DNA of 63,381 bases, filler included, from Octopus bimaculoides (taxonomy: Eukaryota), in the NCBI RefSeq assembly GCF_001194135.2. It is 8 parts of 7 records of this genome, joined end to end, with 100 filler letters (N's around TTAATTAATTAA, not from the genome) between each part and the next. Parts side by side here need not be neighbours in the genome. Positions count along the whole stretch, not along the records: positions 8,716 to 18,951 come from NC_069000.1; positions 19,052 to 30,248 come from NC_068987.1; 6 more parts are not named here. One strand, 5' to 3'. This document shows positions 12,269-26,145 of this stretch, piece after piece. A program made the position numbers and the translations under genes. Positions within the stretch are counted from its first letter, which is position 1, and each line of letters begins with the position of its first letter. The notes under the pieces are model-generated. The model searched no databases. It was not told the DNA's origin and saw nothing but the letters and a program-made list of their open reading frames with translations.

Positions 12269-13414
12269 TATAAAACGGGTAGCATCACCCGAAAGCTAGG
12301 ATAATGTGAAGAAGCGCNNNNNNNNNNNNNNNNNNNNNNNNNNNNNNNNNNNNNNNNNNNNNNNNNNNNNNNNNNNNNNNNNNNNNNNNNNNNNNNNNNN
12401 NNNNNNNNNNNNNNNNNNNNNNNNNNNNNNNNNNNNNNNNNNNNNNNNNNNNNNNNNNNNNNNNNNNNNNNNNNNNNNNNNNNNNNNNNNNNNNNNNNNN
12501 NNNNNNNNNNNNNNNNNNNNNNNNNNNNNNNNNNNNNNNNNNNNNNNNNNNNNNNNNNNNNNNNNNNNNNNNNNNNNNNNNNNNNNNNNNNNNNNNNNNN
12601 NNNNNNNNNNNNNNNNNNNNNNNNNNNNNNNNNNNNNNNNNNNNNNNNNNNNNNNNNNNNNNNNNNNNNNNNNNNNNNNNNNNNNNNNNNNNNNNNNNNN
12701 NNNNNNNNNNNNNNNNNNNNNNNNNNNNNNNNNNNNNNNNNNNNNNNNNNNNNNNNNNNNNNNNNNNNNNNNNNNNNNNNNNNNNNNNNNNNNNNNNNNN
12801 NNNNNNNNNNNNNNNNNNNNNNNNNNNNNNNNNNNNNNNNNNNNNNNNNNNNNNNNNNNNNNNNNNNNNNNNNNNNNNNNNNNNNNNNNNNNNNNNNNNN
12901 NNNNNNNNNNNNNNNNNNNNNNNNNNNNNNNNNNNNNNNNNNNNNNNNNNNNNNNNNNNNNNNNNNNNNNNNNNNNNNNNNNNNNNNNNNNNNNNNNNNN
13001 NNNNNNNNNNNNNNNNNNNNNNNNNNNNNNNNNNNNNNNNNNNNNNNNNNNNNNNNNNNNNNNNNNNNNNNNNNNNNNNNNNNNNNNNNNNNNNNNNNNN
13101 NNNNNNNNNNNNNNNNNNNNNNNNNNNNNNNNNNNNNNNNNATATATATATATATATATACATACACACATATATATAGACACACATATATACATACTTA
13201 ACGTTGCATAAAAATATATTTTCGAGGATAATTTTAATGATATATATATATGTACATATATATATGTTCATGTATGTATGTATATAAAGAATTGTATGCA
13301 TACATATATATGTTAGTGCAATAGAAATTATTGTTAGCTTTATATGGTGAGATATAAGTTTTTCCTGTACTTGCGTTTTGTTTTATATATATATATATTT
13401 ATATATGCATATAC

Positions 13415-13454
<40 letters not shown>

Positions 13455-13488
13455 TATAATATATTATATTATGTTATATTATATTATA

Positions 13489-14707
13489 GTAGCAATGCAC
13501 CCTGACGTTGCCTGGGTGTTATGCTTTACAACCACATAGTATTATTATAAATATATATACTCAATTCTCGGATTCAAATGAAACGTATGCACCACACACA
13601 ATGCACTCCGGCGTTGCCCGGGTCATTGAAGACTATAACAACACGACTAACTGGTATTGCACTAGATGTCTCTGATAAGGAAAAAGCGATTTGAAATTGT
13701 ATCAATCAGTGAAGACGGTGTGGATTCCGACCAATGAAGGGAGCCGCACGTGGGCGGACACATATGTGTATGTGACCTTAATTTGCCCTCGCATAGATGC
13801 GCGGTGTTGTTGTCTGCATTGAGCTTATCAGGTCAAACATTTGTTTTCCATCGCACCACCCACGCTATAGTACACGCTCAACCACTGTGAAAAATAGGGA
13901 GATTATAGCAACATCCATATGAACTTTGCGGCTTTTAAAATGAATAACAGGCATGAATATATACTAATAACCATAAGCAATTTTGCATAAATTTGACTGA
14001 ATAAAGGGGAAGATGTTAAAAGCAAAAATGCTCGAAAGGTTTTAGTCATTGCTTCACGTCTTTACCACACTTGAACGAATATAGGCTCATACTGTGCCTA
14101 ATCTTTGGAGAAATTTTATTGAGCTTAAACCTGAAAACGCTCCTTTGGCTTTGCTGAGTCGTTTGCTACCCCAAGAAAATCTAAATTGACAAATGGTTTT
14201 CGGTAGTAATACCAGAAGCGGTCACAATAATGACAGAACTCGGTTCATTAACAAATTTTCTGTTGAAAAATAAGGCTTCGTACAAAGAAATAGCATCACA
14301 ATACTTCCGAGACATCGTTTAACCATAGAATGCTCAAGACTTTCACATGTGCCAATGATTGTTCCTAAAATGTATGTTGTTGGTTCTCTTCCGTTGACGT
14401 ACAGTGTTTTGTGCTTCACAACTACACACATAATACTCCTTTTATATTGTTGCAGTTTTTTACACCAAAAGCATCAAAAATGGCATCGTAGATGAGAAAC
14501 AAATTCAAATATTGCCCGAAATGACCTCAAAATTGTGCAACCCGCCCTCGGTTTCGAAGTGATTTTTTTAGTAAAAAAGAGTTTTACAAAATCTTACTAC
14601 ATTTGGTAGCCGAACGATTACTGAATCTTTTGATACATCATACGTCGAATCCATAAGGAACATACGCACTACACACAAACATACACACTATGTTTTATAT
14701 ATATATA
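13489..14707 (-). mobile_element. Non-autonomous Helitron (putative) with two tandem 3' termini
   Basis: Minus strand starts with a TATATATATAAAA 5'-like end at ~14707. It has hairpin CCCGG-GCAACG-CCGG at 13601-13623 and a degenerate copy of it followed by GCATTG-CTAC at 13489-13518 (canonical: hairpin + CTRR). Confidence 0.55.
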
Positions 14708-14932
14708 ATTATATTATATTATATTATATGAAATATAATATACACTCAGACATAGACAAGCACACGTACACACAAACACACACACACATATGCGCTGCTG
14801 TAGCCCCGTAAAAATGACAGTGTCTCAACTCAAGTTGTTTGTAAGAAATTATGCGAAGATAATGAGCGTGCAAGAGTAAAAACGTAAAATGAGAGTATTT
14901 TATAATAAATACAGATTGAATTTAGTTAGTCG

Positions 14933-14936
<4 letters not shown>

Positions 14937-15028
<92 letters not shown>
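14937..15028. repeat. (GA)n microsatellite
   Basis: Direct reading. Confidence 0.95.
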
Positions 15029-15029
<1 letters not shown>

Positions 15030-16395
15030 TTACATTATAAAGACAAACTGAAAAAAAACGTTATAACAATGTAATAGAAAGGTCAGGTGGCCTGTACCGA
15101 AATATGAATTTTAAATTATATCTAAGTGCATCTTAATACATGAGATTTGTAACTTACGAACTCAGAAGCTTCGTTCTGTATAAAACTCGAAACTCTATTT
15201 GTCACGAAACCATAATAAACTCGAAAACTCTATTATTGCAAAAATATTGTTTTGTCTATTTCAATTTTGTCACGAACTAATGTACTGTATGTATGTATGT
15301 ATGTATGTATGTATGTACTTATGTACGCATCCATGCATGCACGTATGTATCTATGTAACTATGTATGTATGTATGTATGTATGTATGCATATGCATGTAG
15401 GCAGCGATGCATGTGCGCGTTTACGTAAGTATACGTATATAACTACATATGTATGTAACTATCTATATATTGGGCGTATGTTAGCACGCAAGCACGTACA
15501 TGAATAATTATAATTGTAGGAATACTATACATATGTATGTTTGCCTGAAGACTGTATATACGTACGCATACCTTTATTTACTTTCACGAGCAGGCTGTTC
15601 CGTTGATCGGATCAACTGAAACCCTCGTCGTCGTAACCGACGGAGTGCCACGACACATACACATATATGTATGTACAATTCTATATATATATGTATATGT
15701 GTGTGTGTGTGTGTATGCATTTATGTATAGTTATATATGTCTCTGCATGTATGTATGTATATGTGTGGGTGGGTGGGTGCGTGGGTGTCGTGGCTGTAAT
15801 AGTGTATACCTGTTTGTATATTTGTGAGTCTATGTGCACTAATATACGATTACGAGTTAAAAACATCTCGAGGTATTCATCTTAAAATTATAATATATTA
15901 TATATTATAGATGTATATATTTATATAACCGGACACATTTATATTTTAAGCAACTGCGAGAGAGAAAATACTCGAGTACATAAACATTAAAACGGTACGA
16001 ATGAAATCAAATGAGAATTGTGTTAAATATATATACATTTCCTCGGGGGGAAATCATACAGCAGGAAATGTAAACATTGAGTTGAAAATTAAATGAAATT
16101 TGAAATTATCCACCTTGAGCGTTGATATAACAGAGCAAAGTGTGGCAAAAAATGTTTGCAAAATTCAGTCTGGGAGCTCGGAGTCAATAAGGTTGAAACT
16201 AAATGTAATATGAAAAGTAATATAAAATATGTTGATTAACTAATTAATTCTGAAATTATATTAACTTTAAATAAATACATATTATATACTACGAAAGAAA
16301 TATAAATCTCAGGTAATTTGAAGTATAAACACTTAGGTGCATATCACGAATTAGCCAGGTACCAAATAAAAGCAATTTCCAATTGAGCTAAATAT

Positions 16396-16557
16396 AGGTG
16401 CGGGTATGGCTGTGTAGTCAAGACTCACTTTACGAACATATAGTTTCGGGTTCAGTCCCACCGCGTGACACTTACGTTCAGTGTAGTTTAGCCCACTTGC
16501 CAATCAATACATTCTGCATGAATTTGTTAGACGGAAACTGTGCGGAAACCCATCGTA
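16396..16557 (+). mobile_element. tRNA-derived SINE family A head, diverged
   Basis: TGGCTGTGTAG A-box-like, GGGTTCAGTCCC B-box-like, and TAGACGGAAACTG body shared with 35315. Confidence 0.7.
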
Positions 16558-16695
16558 NNNNNNNNNNNNNNNNNNNNNNNNNNNNNNNNNNNNNNNNNNN
16601 NNNNNNNNNNNNNNNNNNNNNNNNNNNNNNNNNNNNNNNNNNNNNNNNNNNNNNNNNNNNNNNNNNNNNNNNNNNNNNNNNNNNNNNNNNNNNNN

Positions 16696-16731
<36 letters not shown>

Positions 16732-17121
16732 GTGTGTTTGTATATATATATATACATATATATACAAACATACATATATGTATACATACATACATATACA
16801 TTTGTGTGTGTGTGCGTGTTTGTGAGTGTGTGAGAAGCATAGCAGGTTCTAAGGTTAGGAGAAACGAGCACATAAGTCAAGGTCAAACATTTATCAGTTC
16901 ATTTCTCTTATATTACTTGAAATAATTCATTAGTTATACTATAGGTAATTGTATTCTACATTCATTAAATTCATGTTTCAGAAACAATATCATTATGTAT
17001 GAAACTTAACAATCTCTGATATATATTGCTAAAAAGTTTAAAAGAACATTTTGGAAAAGGACTCGATTTTAAAAAATGTACTCGGGGGAGCAGTCGCTCT
17101 TTTTGCTCCTCAATTAACTAA

Positions 17122-17153
<32 letters not shown>

Positions 17154-17399
17154 TACACACACATATATTTATATGTTGTGTATGAAGCCCAAGCTGTTGT
17201 ATTTAGTTTGTTTGTCCGCATAATTGCCTCCATATCTGTTCACCTGGATTCCTCTTATAGTCACTCTTTATGCCGCTGCATTGGTCCGCCGTGAGAATAT
17301 CAGAGGTTATATTTGAATCATTTGATCACTACTTATTTGTTTTCTATACCGAAAATCTATGGATCGCATCTTTTAACTGTGTCTGTGTGTGTGTTTGGG

Positions 17400-17765
17400 T
17401 CTCTGTTCACCCCACCACCACCACCACCGCTTCACAACTGGTGTTGTTATGTTTGCTCCTCGTAACTTAGCGTTCGAAAATAGAGAACCGATAGAAAAGT
17501 ACCAGGCTTAAAAAGAAAATAAAAGCTGGAGACGTTGTTTATATATTAATAGATCAAACTTACACAAAGAACAAAAGACAGAGAAAATTAAAGGGGTTTT
17601 GTTTTGTTTTTTAGTTTTCTTCTGCCAAATCCACGTAAAAGACTTTGGTTTGGTCGGCCCGAGGCTATAGAAGTAGACATTTGCAATGCCCTACGTAGTG
17701 GTATTGAACCTGGGACTATGTGGTTGGGACGCAAGCTTCTTATCCCAGACCGACGTCTACGACTA
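17400..17765. mobile_element. Two SINE family A fragments (tail on + at 17400-17520, head on - at 17611-17765)
   Basis: Match to family motifs GTAACTTAGCG...CCGATAGAA and TTGGTCGGCCCGAGGCTATAG. Confidence 0.7.
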
Positions 17766-18187
17766 TGTCCTCGTTTTTGAAATTATATTCCTTATAATTA
17801 GTGATGGGTAAACTGTAATAAAACCAGTTAACCTGTATTTAATTGTTGATTCTGTATATCTGCCTAAAGCTGTATAAATAATGTGACAATTCTAAAAGTA
17901 GTCTAATAGAGCTGTAATCTGTTGTCAGTTGGCGGATTCGATCGTAAAGTCAACTCGGAGTTAAAATGACATCCACACTCACACATTTAAACTGTTTTCT
18001 TTTCACTGCGTGTGTTTTGTTAGCATCGACACACCAAAATGTCAAAGTTCAGACATGTGCTTGCTTTGTATATATATGCATGCATCTATAAATAATTTAT
18101 TATATATTTGTGCGTATGTGTGTGTGTGTATGTATGTGTGTGTATGTAGCTATGTGTGGATGTGTGTATGCATACATAAACATATGC

Positions 18188-18244
<57 letters not shown>

Positions 18245-18506
18245 ACACACACACACGGGTACTTACATGTAAATATGTGTATTTCCGTGTGCGTGAGCTT
18301 TTCATCCATCTGTTACATGCTTATACGAATGTGTATATAAAGTTCACATTTGTGGATATTTATGANNNNNNNNNNGTAAATATGTGTATTTCCGTGTGCG
18401 TGAGCTTTTCATCCATCTGTTACATGCTTATACGAATGTGTATATAAAGTTCACATTTGTGGATATTTATGATGCAAAACAAACATGACTAGCATCATTT
18501 ATTTTT

Positions 18507-18507
<1 letters not shown>

Positions 18508-18573
<66 letters not shown>
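18508..18573. repeat. (GTA)n microsatellite
   Basis: Direct reading. Confidence 0.95.
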
Positions 18574-19226
18574 TGCAGTACGTCTGATTAGCACTGAAAG
18601 GCGTCGTTATTACTTCTACATTCACATCACGTTACTATTTTCGAGTTTACTTGTCTGTATAAATATAGAAATGTACTCTTTGATATACGTATACTTGTAT
18701 GTATGTATGTATGTATGTATGTATGTATGTATATATGCATGTATGTTTGTATGAATGAATGTGTGTGTATATACCAATATATGTAATTATACGTATGCAC
18801 ACATATACGCACAGACACATATACGCCCCGTCTTCATATATATGTGTGTGTGTGTTTATATTTACTACGGGTTACTTGAAGCTAACTTTCTTCCTAGACC
18901 TCGATCCCTGGATCTTACATTTACATATACATACATACATATATGTATATANNNNNNNNNNNNNNNNNNNNNNNNNNNNNNNNNNNNNNNNNNNNTTAAT
19001 TAATTAANNNNNNNNNNNNNNNNNNNNNNNNNNNNNNNNNNNNNNNNNNNNTCCGGATTATTCATACAAGGATTACTTTGCACGAATTTCTACACGGATA
19101 TTTACCACTGGAATGAAAGTACACTTCAAGTACTGTTCTCTCTTTTTTCAGCACATCACACTCTTTACCACTTCATACTAAAAATATCCGCCTATGGATA
19201 TAATAATAGATTACTTTATTTTTTCT

Positions 19227-19275
19227 GTCTCCGATGAAGGGAAGTACTGGATCTTCCCAGAAACAGCTGTAAGAC
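19227..19275 (+). ncRNA. Minimal type I hammerhead ribozyme with U4C core variant
   Basis: GTCT-CCGATGA-A-GGGAAG-TACTGGAT-CTTCCC-A-GAAAC-AGCT-GT-A-AGAC: 4-bp stem I, 6-bp stem II, 8-nt palindromic stem III (ACAGCTGT), GUA triplet. Confidence 0.75.
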
Positions 19276-19337
19276 TCTATCCATAAAATTCTTCAACCTT
19301 ACCTTTGCTCTCTTTATCTTTTTGTTTTTATATATTT

Positions 19338-19398
<61 letters not shown>

Positions 19399-21181
19399 TG
19401 TGTGTGTATGTACGTATACACACACGTATATGCACAGATACATATGCACTCACCAGTTGATATATACTTAAGCCAGCACTCTCACACGCATATATAAACA
19501 TATACACACACATATATTGCATTATCTCTCTCTCCCTACACACACATACACACATATATAGGAATACATATATGTATACATACATGTATGTCTGTATATA
19601 TGCATGTATGCACGGATTCATGTATGTACGTACGTACGTACGTACTTATGTATATATGTATGTATGTATGAACGTATGTTTATATGTATGTACGTATGTA
19701 TATATGTATGTATGTATGTATGTATGTGTGTATGTATGTATGTGTGTATGTATGTATGTATGTATGTATGTATGCTGCATTTGCTGCTTGTCCACATTCA
19801 CTGCAGGTATCTTCCTTTATCAAAGGCACTTAATTAACGGACTGCAGTTGTGCACAAAGCAAAATTAAGCTGCGGGTTAATCCACCAGATTAATGATATA
19901 AGGTTGTACTTAATTGGAAGAGGTGATGCTGTTCTATAATACATGCAAACAGAGACAAAATCTGTCCATGACAGAACAGATCAAGTTTAAATATGCCAAT
20001 ACTGATAAAACTGTTAAATTTATCTCGTGCAGCTTTGACAATCAATCTGCCACTAATGGGTACCATTCCTCCTTTCCAGCATGATACCACTCCTTCTTAT
20101 AACACAGCTATCTTAACTATAAATTCATCCATTAATTTGCAGCAGTGTAGCTTCTGTCTTCTATCTATGTATCTATGTCTATTCATCTGTCGAAACATTT
20201 GTTTCTCTATTTCTCTTTCTTGTCGCGTCCTCAAAGTAGGGGAGCTGAAAGGATTAGTCGAGTTATGAAGCGATGTGAATGCATCTTTCCTAGGTTGTTT
20301 GCGTGGTCGAATGACTGAGAGCGAGAAAGAGAGAAGAAAATTAAATAAAGAGAAACTATACCTTCACTGGATTGATAATTTAAGGCACTTCTCTCTCTCT
20401 CTCTCTCTCTCACTCTCTCTCTCTCTCTCTCTCTTTCTCCTTTCGCTTCTCGTTCTGTACAGGCGTGCATATATGTATGTATGTACGCGACTCTAAATTA
20501 TAGTAAGCTTTAAGTATTTTTCCCCTAAATTCATTCTGCCACAAAAATAGCAAAGAGACGGAATGTAATCATTGTGGTCCTCTAGAAGTGATGACTAAAA
20601 AATATAATAGTGTATCCTGCATGCTGGAAATCTATATGGTCGAATGCTTCCGAGGAGAGCAGTTTATTTCAAATTGATGTTATATTTTCAATGAATGATT
20701 AAATGGAGCCGCTTGAAACGGCCGTAATGCACTGATACCTAGACAACCTTGTTACTTAATTGCTTTTATGTAAGTATGTAAGTATGGATGTATGTAAGTA
20801 TGTTTGTATGTAAGCGTGTATGTATGTATTCTTTTACTCATATCACTGTTACCTGTTTCAGTCAGTAGACTGCAGCTATTCTGGGGCACTTACTTTAGTG
20901 TTCTCCTTTTAGCGAATCACTGGACAGTGGGGAACCACGCAGTAGTAGGTGACAAGCACAACCACAAAGTTACGTCCACATGCATACATACGTACCTACA
21001 TTCATACTGTCATACATATATACATACATAATACATACATACATATACACATACATACTTATATATTCCGGCCACCAAATCCATCCACTATATATATAAG
21101 TGTATCTATGTAGATATAGACACACACGCACACACACATATATATATATACATATATATAAATGAATAAAATATATATATG

Positions 21182-21223
<42 letters not shown>

Positions 21224-21233
21224 NNNNNNNNNN

Positions 21234-21279
<46 letters not shown>

Positions 21280-22655
21280 GCATGTATGGGTACATGATGT
21301 TACAAACTGTAAACAACGTGAAATACCAAAACAAAAGAGTTGAATACATCAGCAACGAGAAAAGCAAATGGAAAACAGGACAAGTAACATAAAGAACGAC
21401 CCTTCATCAGTTGCCAGCTGTCCATCTCCTCCTCATTTCGAGTGTATATATATATATAACCATATCCATTTATAACAAGCCTAATCGTGTTTTTTACATC
21501 ACTTGTATTTCGATATCAGCTCACCTGGATGAACTTCTCTTATAACCGCTCTTTATCCCGTGGATCTGCTCCTCGATAAATACTTCGGTGTTTAAGTTCC
21601 AGGCATTTGAGCACTAGTACATGCTTCTACATTGACCATTCTAACTCTCACATTTTCACTGTAATACATATGTAATGCAAAAAATAACTTGCTGACTGCG
21701 ATAGTGAATACGATAGGCATAAAATTTCAAAACGTATTCTGTCTGTGCGGCCTGGTGATTGGAGACTCCTGTTTACAGTACATTAGATATTAGCATGGTA
21801 TTTCTGAAACAATATACTATTAGTGCTTTGTACCAAGTCATTTGATCGACTACCCATGTGGCATGGATGCTCGATGCTAAAGAACAACAAAAATAACAAT
21901 AAAAATTTATATTACAGAAATTTAGTTTCACTCAAATCATTTTCCACTTTTAATCACGACAGGGTCGACTTCAGATTTTTATCATTGCAGAATTAATAAA
22001 AGTAATGAGAGAGTGTAAATGTGTAGCATTAATCAGCTACATTTTCTTCTATCCAAAACTGATCTTTTTGTCTAAAGTAATATATATATATATATATANN
22101 NNNNNNNNNNNNNNNNNNNNNNNNNNNNNNNNNNNNNNNNNNNNNNNNNNNNNNNNNNNNNNNNNNNNNNNNNNNNNNNNNNNNNNNNNNNNNNNNNNNN
22201 NNNNNNNNNNNNNNNNNNNNNNNNNNNNNNNNNNNNNNNNNNNNNNNNNNNNNNNNNNNNNNNNNNNNNNNNNNNNNNNNNNNNNNNNNNNNNNNNNNNN
22301 NNNNNNNNNNNNNNNNNNNNNNNNNNNNNNNNNNNNNNNNNNNNNNNNNNNNNNNNNNNNNNNNNNNNNNNNNNNNNNNNNNNNNNNNNNNNNNNNNNNN
22401 NNNNNNNNNNNNNNNNNNNNNNNNNNNNNNNNNNNNNNNNNNNNNNNNNNNNNNNNNNNNNNNNNNNNNNNNNNNNNNNNNNNNNNNNNNNNNNNNNNNN
22501 NNNNNNNNNNNNNNNNNNNNNNNNNNNNNNNNNNNNNNNNNNNNNNNNNNNNNNNNNNNNNNNNNNNNNNNNNNAGTAAAAAAAATAATACATATTATGC
22601 GAAGCTTCCTTGCAATTTCGATCACCTTCCATTCGTGTGTGTGTGTGTTTTTTTT

Positions 22656-22713
<58 letters not shown>

Positions 22714-22749
22714 CTCTCTCTCTCTCTCACACACAGACATACTCTCTCT

Positions 22750-23285
22750 CTCAGCTTTTCATTCCCGCCGTGGTCAATAAAAGTACCAGTTAAGCGCTGA
22801 ATTCTATGTAATCGACAAACACTCTTCCCCTTACTTTTTGCCAAAATTTGAAACAGTTGTTAGCTGGTTCAAAGCGGCGAGCTAGCAGAATCGTTAGCAG
22901 GTCGTGCAAAATGCAATGCAGCATTTCGTCCGTCTTTAGGTTTTAAGTTCAAATTACGCCGAAGCCAACTTTGCCTTTCAACCTTTCGGGGGTCGATTAT
23001 CTAAGTACTAGTTACCCCTTTCCCCAAATGTCAGGTCTTGTGCTTATAGTAGAAGGGATCATTATTATTATTATTAGCAGAATCGGTAGAGCTTCGGACA
23101 AAACGCTAGGCAGCATTTCTTCCAGCACTTTATGTTCTAAGTTCAAATGCTGTTGAGGTCGATCGACTTCGCCTTTCATACTATCGGAGATTGATAAAAT
23201 AAACTGCCAATCGAGTACTGGGACCGATGTAAACAATTTGGCCGCATTCCCTCAAAACAGCTGGCTTTGGGCCAAACTTAAAATC
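22750..23285 (+). mobile_element. Tandem array of about three partial family B SINEs
   Basis: Repeated GCAGAATCG...AAGTTCAAAT...TTGCCTTTCA...GTAC modules. One copy ends in an (ATT)n tail directly followed by the next copy. Confidence 0.7.
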
Positions 23286-23396
23286 ATTAATATTAGTTAT
23301 ACTTTTATTGTATTTCATTCACGACCTATCGAATATGGGTAGAGATAGCCATCTGCTAACAAATCTTTTAAATCATACGTCATTAAGATTGACTTA

Positions 23397-23580
23397 TCAT
23401 TGTTGTTGTTTAGCCTTGGTGAAGCACACCTATAGTTACAGACATTTCAGCCATGACCATCGTTCTTTTGTATGTCTCAAGGGCTACATTGATCAGTGTA
23501 TGCGGTCGTTGAGTCCGAAGGGATATTTGGCTATTATTTCCAGCAGTTTGCAAGACCACGTTGAATCTCAATGATCAGTT
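23397..23580 (-). mobile_element. Old SINE-like dispersed repeat fragment
   Basis: TTGTTGTTGTTTAGCC tail and GATATTTGGCTATTATTTCCAGCAG body resemble a recalled cephalopod repeat; not verified. Confidence 0.35.
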
Positions 23581-24902
23581 CGGATTTACATTCTTTAAAC
23601 AGTACTAACAACAGCAGGCCATATTTGTTTCTAGACACACCTCCCTTCTTTTCTTCATTTTCTTTTCCTTCCTATTGATTCATTCTCTTCATATCAAATC
23701 TGCTTCTAATTGCTACCCCCAACTATACACCCCCTCCTTCTGCTCCTTCCTCCGCCATCTCCAGCATTTAACTCTATTCTTTCTTTTCTACTTCTTTCAT
23801 TCTCACCTCCTTCAAATTTTTTTCCTGTGCCTACCTTCTTCCCCCCCCCTACTTGTCTCTATATTCCCCGCCTCATCATTATCTACCTTTTTCCTTCCTG
23901 TTTTCTACAAAGCTAAACTTTACTAGTAATAAGACAACCCCAAATTTTCAAACCTCTTCATGTATTTATTATTTTATTTATTTATTTATTTATCTATTCA
24001 TTTATCTACTTANNNNNNNNNNNNNNNNNNNNNNNNNNNNNNNNNNNNNNNNNNNNNNNNNNNNNNNNNNNNNNNNNNNNNNNNNNNNNNNNNNNNNNNN
24101 NNNNNNNNNNNNNNNNNNNNNNNNNNNNNNNNNNNNNNNNNNNNNNNNNNNNNNNNNNNNNNNNNNNNNNNNNNNNNNNNNNNNNNNNNNNNNNNNNNNN
24201 NNNNNNNNNNNNNNNNNNNNNNNNNNNNNNNNNNNNNNNNNNNNNNNNNNNNNNNNNNNNNNNNNNNNNNNNNNNNNNNNNNNNNNNNNNNNNNNNNNNN
24301 NNNNNNNNNNNNNNNNNNNNNNNNNNNNNNNNNNNNNNNNNNNNNNNNNNNNNNNNNNNNNNNNNNNNNNNNNNNNNNNNNNNNNNNNNNNNNNNNNNNN
24401 NNNNNNNNNNNNNNNNNNNNNNNNNNNNNNNNNNNNNNNNNNNNNNNNNNNNNNNNNNNNNNNNNNNNNNNNNNNNNNNNNNNNNNNNNNNNNNNNNNNN
24501 NNNNNNNNNNNNNNNNNNNNNNNNNNNNNNNNNNNNNNNNNNNNNNNNNNNNNNNNNNNNNNNNNNNNNNNNNNNNNNNNNNNNNNNNNNNNNNNNNNNN
24601 NNNNNNNNNNNNNNNNNNNNNNNNNNNNNNNNNNNNNNNNNNNNNNNNNNNNNNNNNNNNNNNNNNNNNNNNNNNNNNNNNNNNNNNNNNNNNNNNNNNN
24701 NNNNNNNNNNNNNNNNNNNNNNNNNNNNNNNGTGACACACGACCAGCATTTTGAACGTTTAAAACTCACCCGCCCATTGCACACCATTTTCAAAAGGGGG
24801 TAAGACCTAATTTCGTTTCGTGGTCGGATTAACAACATCAGCTGTGTCCGTGCGATTCCAACTGTGCGCGTGTGTGTTATTGTCGCTCTCTGGCTGCGGC
24901 TA

Positions 24903-24944
<42 letters not shown>

Positions 24945-25924
24945 TGATTGTGTGTGTGTGTGTGTATGCGAGTGTGTGTGTGTGTGCACGCATGCATACA
25001 AGCATACATACACACGCACAAAGAAATACACACGTACACGCGCATGCGCGCGTACATATATAATATATATAATATGTGAATTGCTTGCTCTGGTTTGATG
25101 GTTAGCTAACTAAATGACCGGGTCAGGATATAGATGTATGCTCGAAAAATCGTATTTTTGTATGTATGTATGCATGTATGCATGCATGTATGCATGTATG
25201 TATGTATATATGCATGCATTTATGTATGTATATATGCATGCATTTATGTATGTATGTATGCATGCGTATTTATGTATGTATGTATGTATGCATGTATACA
25301 TGCGTATGTATGTATGTATGTATATATTTATGTATGTAGCTAGTTACAATGAATGTGAAAGTCTTTTTCTGAAAAGTGTTCGTAATTCTTATTCGTATCT
25401 ACATTCTTCGAAGGACGTAAACGAGTTAATAACAAAGTGACAAAGCTCTGTTGGACTGAAGACAACTTCACGGATTTCTGAATGTCGGCCGAATAATGTG
25501 AGCATATAAGTTGATGAGTATGCGGATATACTTACATTTATGTAGTAGGTGTACATGTTTTTTTAGTAATACGAGTGTGTATCATTAATCTTTATATACG
25601 AGTGAAGGTGTATGTCATATGTATATCGGGGACTATGTGTGACTTCAATTCATAAAATTAAAACTGAGAATCTTTGGAATGTTTTACAACTCTTTATTGT
25701 ACCATTAACAACTTTAGATTTGGAGGTTAGGATGCAGTTTGCTTTGCTCTTTCTTCGAATATGTCGCCGTCTCCGGGCTTTTATGTAAATCTTTTGCCAC
25801 ATAAATAACAGCAACTATGATAACAGAATACGTACACATGGGAATCTAGGTCGAGGATACAAGAACTGCAAGTTGCACATTAGCTTACCATAGATGTATT
25901 CATTATATATATATATATATATAT

Positions 25925-26145
25925 ACTCACTTTACTCTTTTACTTGTTTCAGTCATTTGACTGTGGCCATGCTGGAGCACCGCCATTAGTCGAGCAAATC
26001 GACCCCAGGACTTATTCTTTGTAAGCCTAGTACTTATTCTATCGGTCTGTTTTTGCCGAACCGCTAAGTTACAGGGACATAAACACACCAGCATCGGTTG
26101 TCAAGCGATGTTGGAGGACAAACACAGACACACAAACACACACAC
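25925..26145 (-). mobile_element. SINE family A 3' half (young)
   Basis: Near-identical to 29356-29545 (CAGTCATTTGACTG...GACCCCAGGACTTATTCTTTG...ATCGGTTGTCAAGCGATG); head lost in gap. Confidence 0.85.

Noticed and set aside
11029-12304. Long [12 protein letters not shown] ORFs here and at 18, 21, 31, 34, 37 and 45 kb
   Set aside because: Translations of TA/CA/TG microsatellites.
12055-13301. ORFs of 250-480 aa spanning N-runs (also 22, 24, 26, 51 and 62 kb)
   Set aside because: Open only because N gaps contain no stop codons.
18269-18472. Exact 97-bp direct repeat
   Set aside because: The copies flank a 10-N gap; typical unmerged contig overlap.
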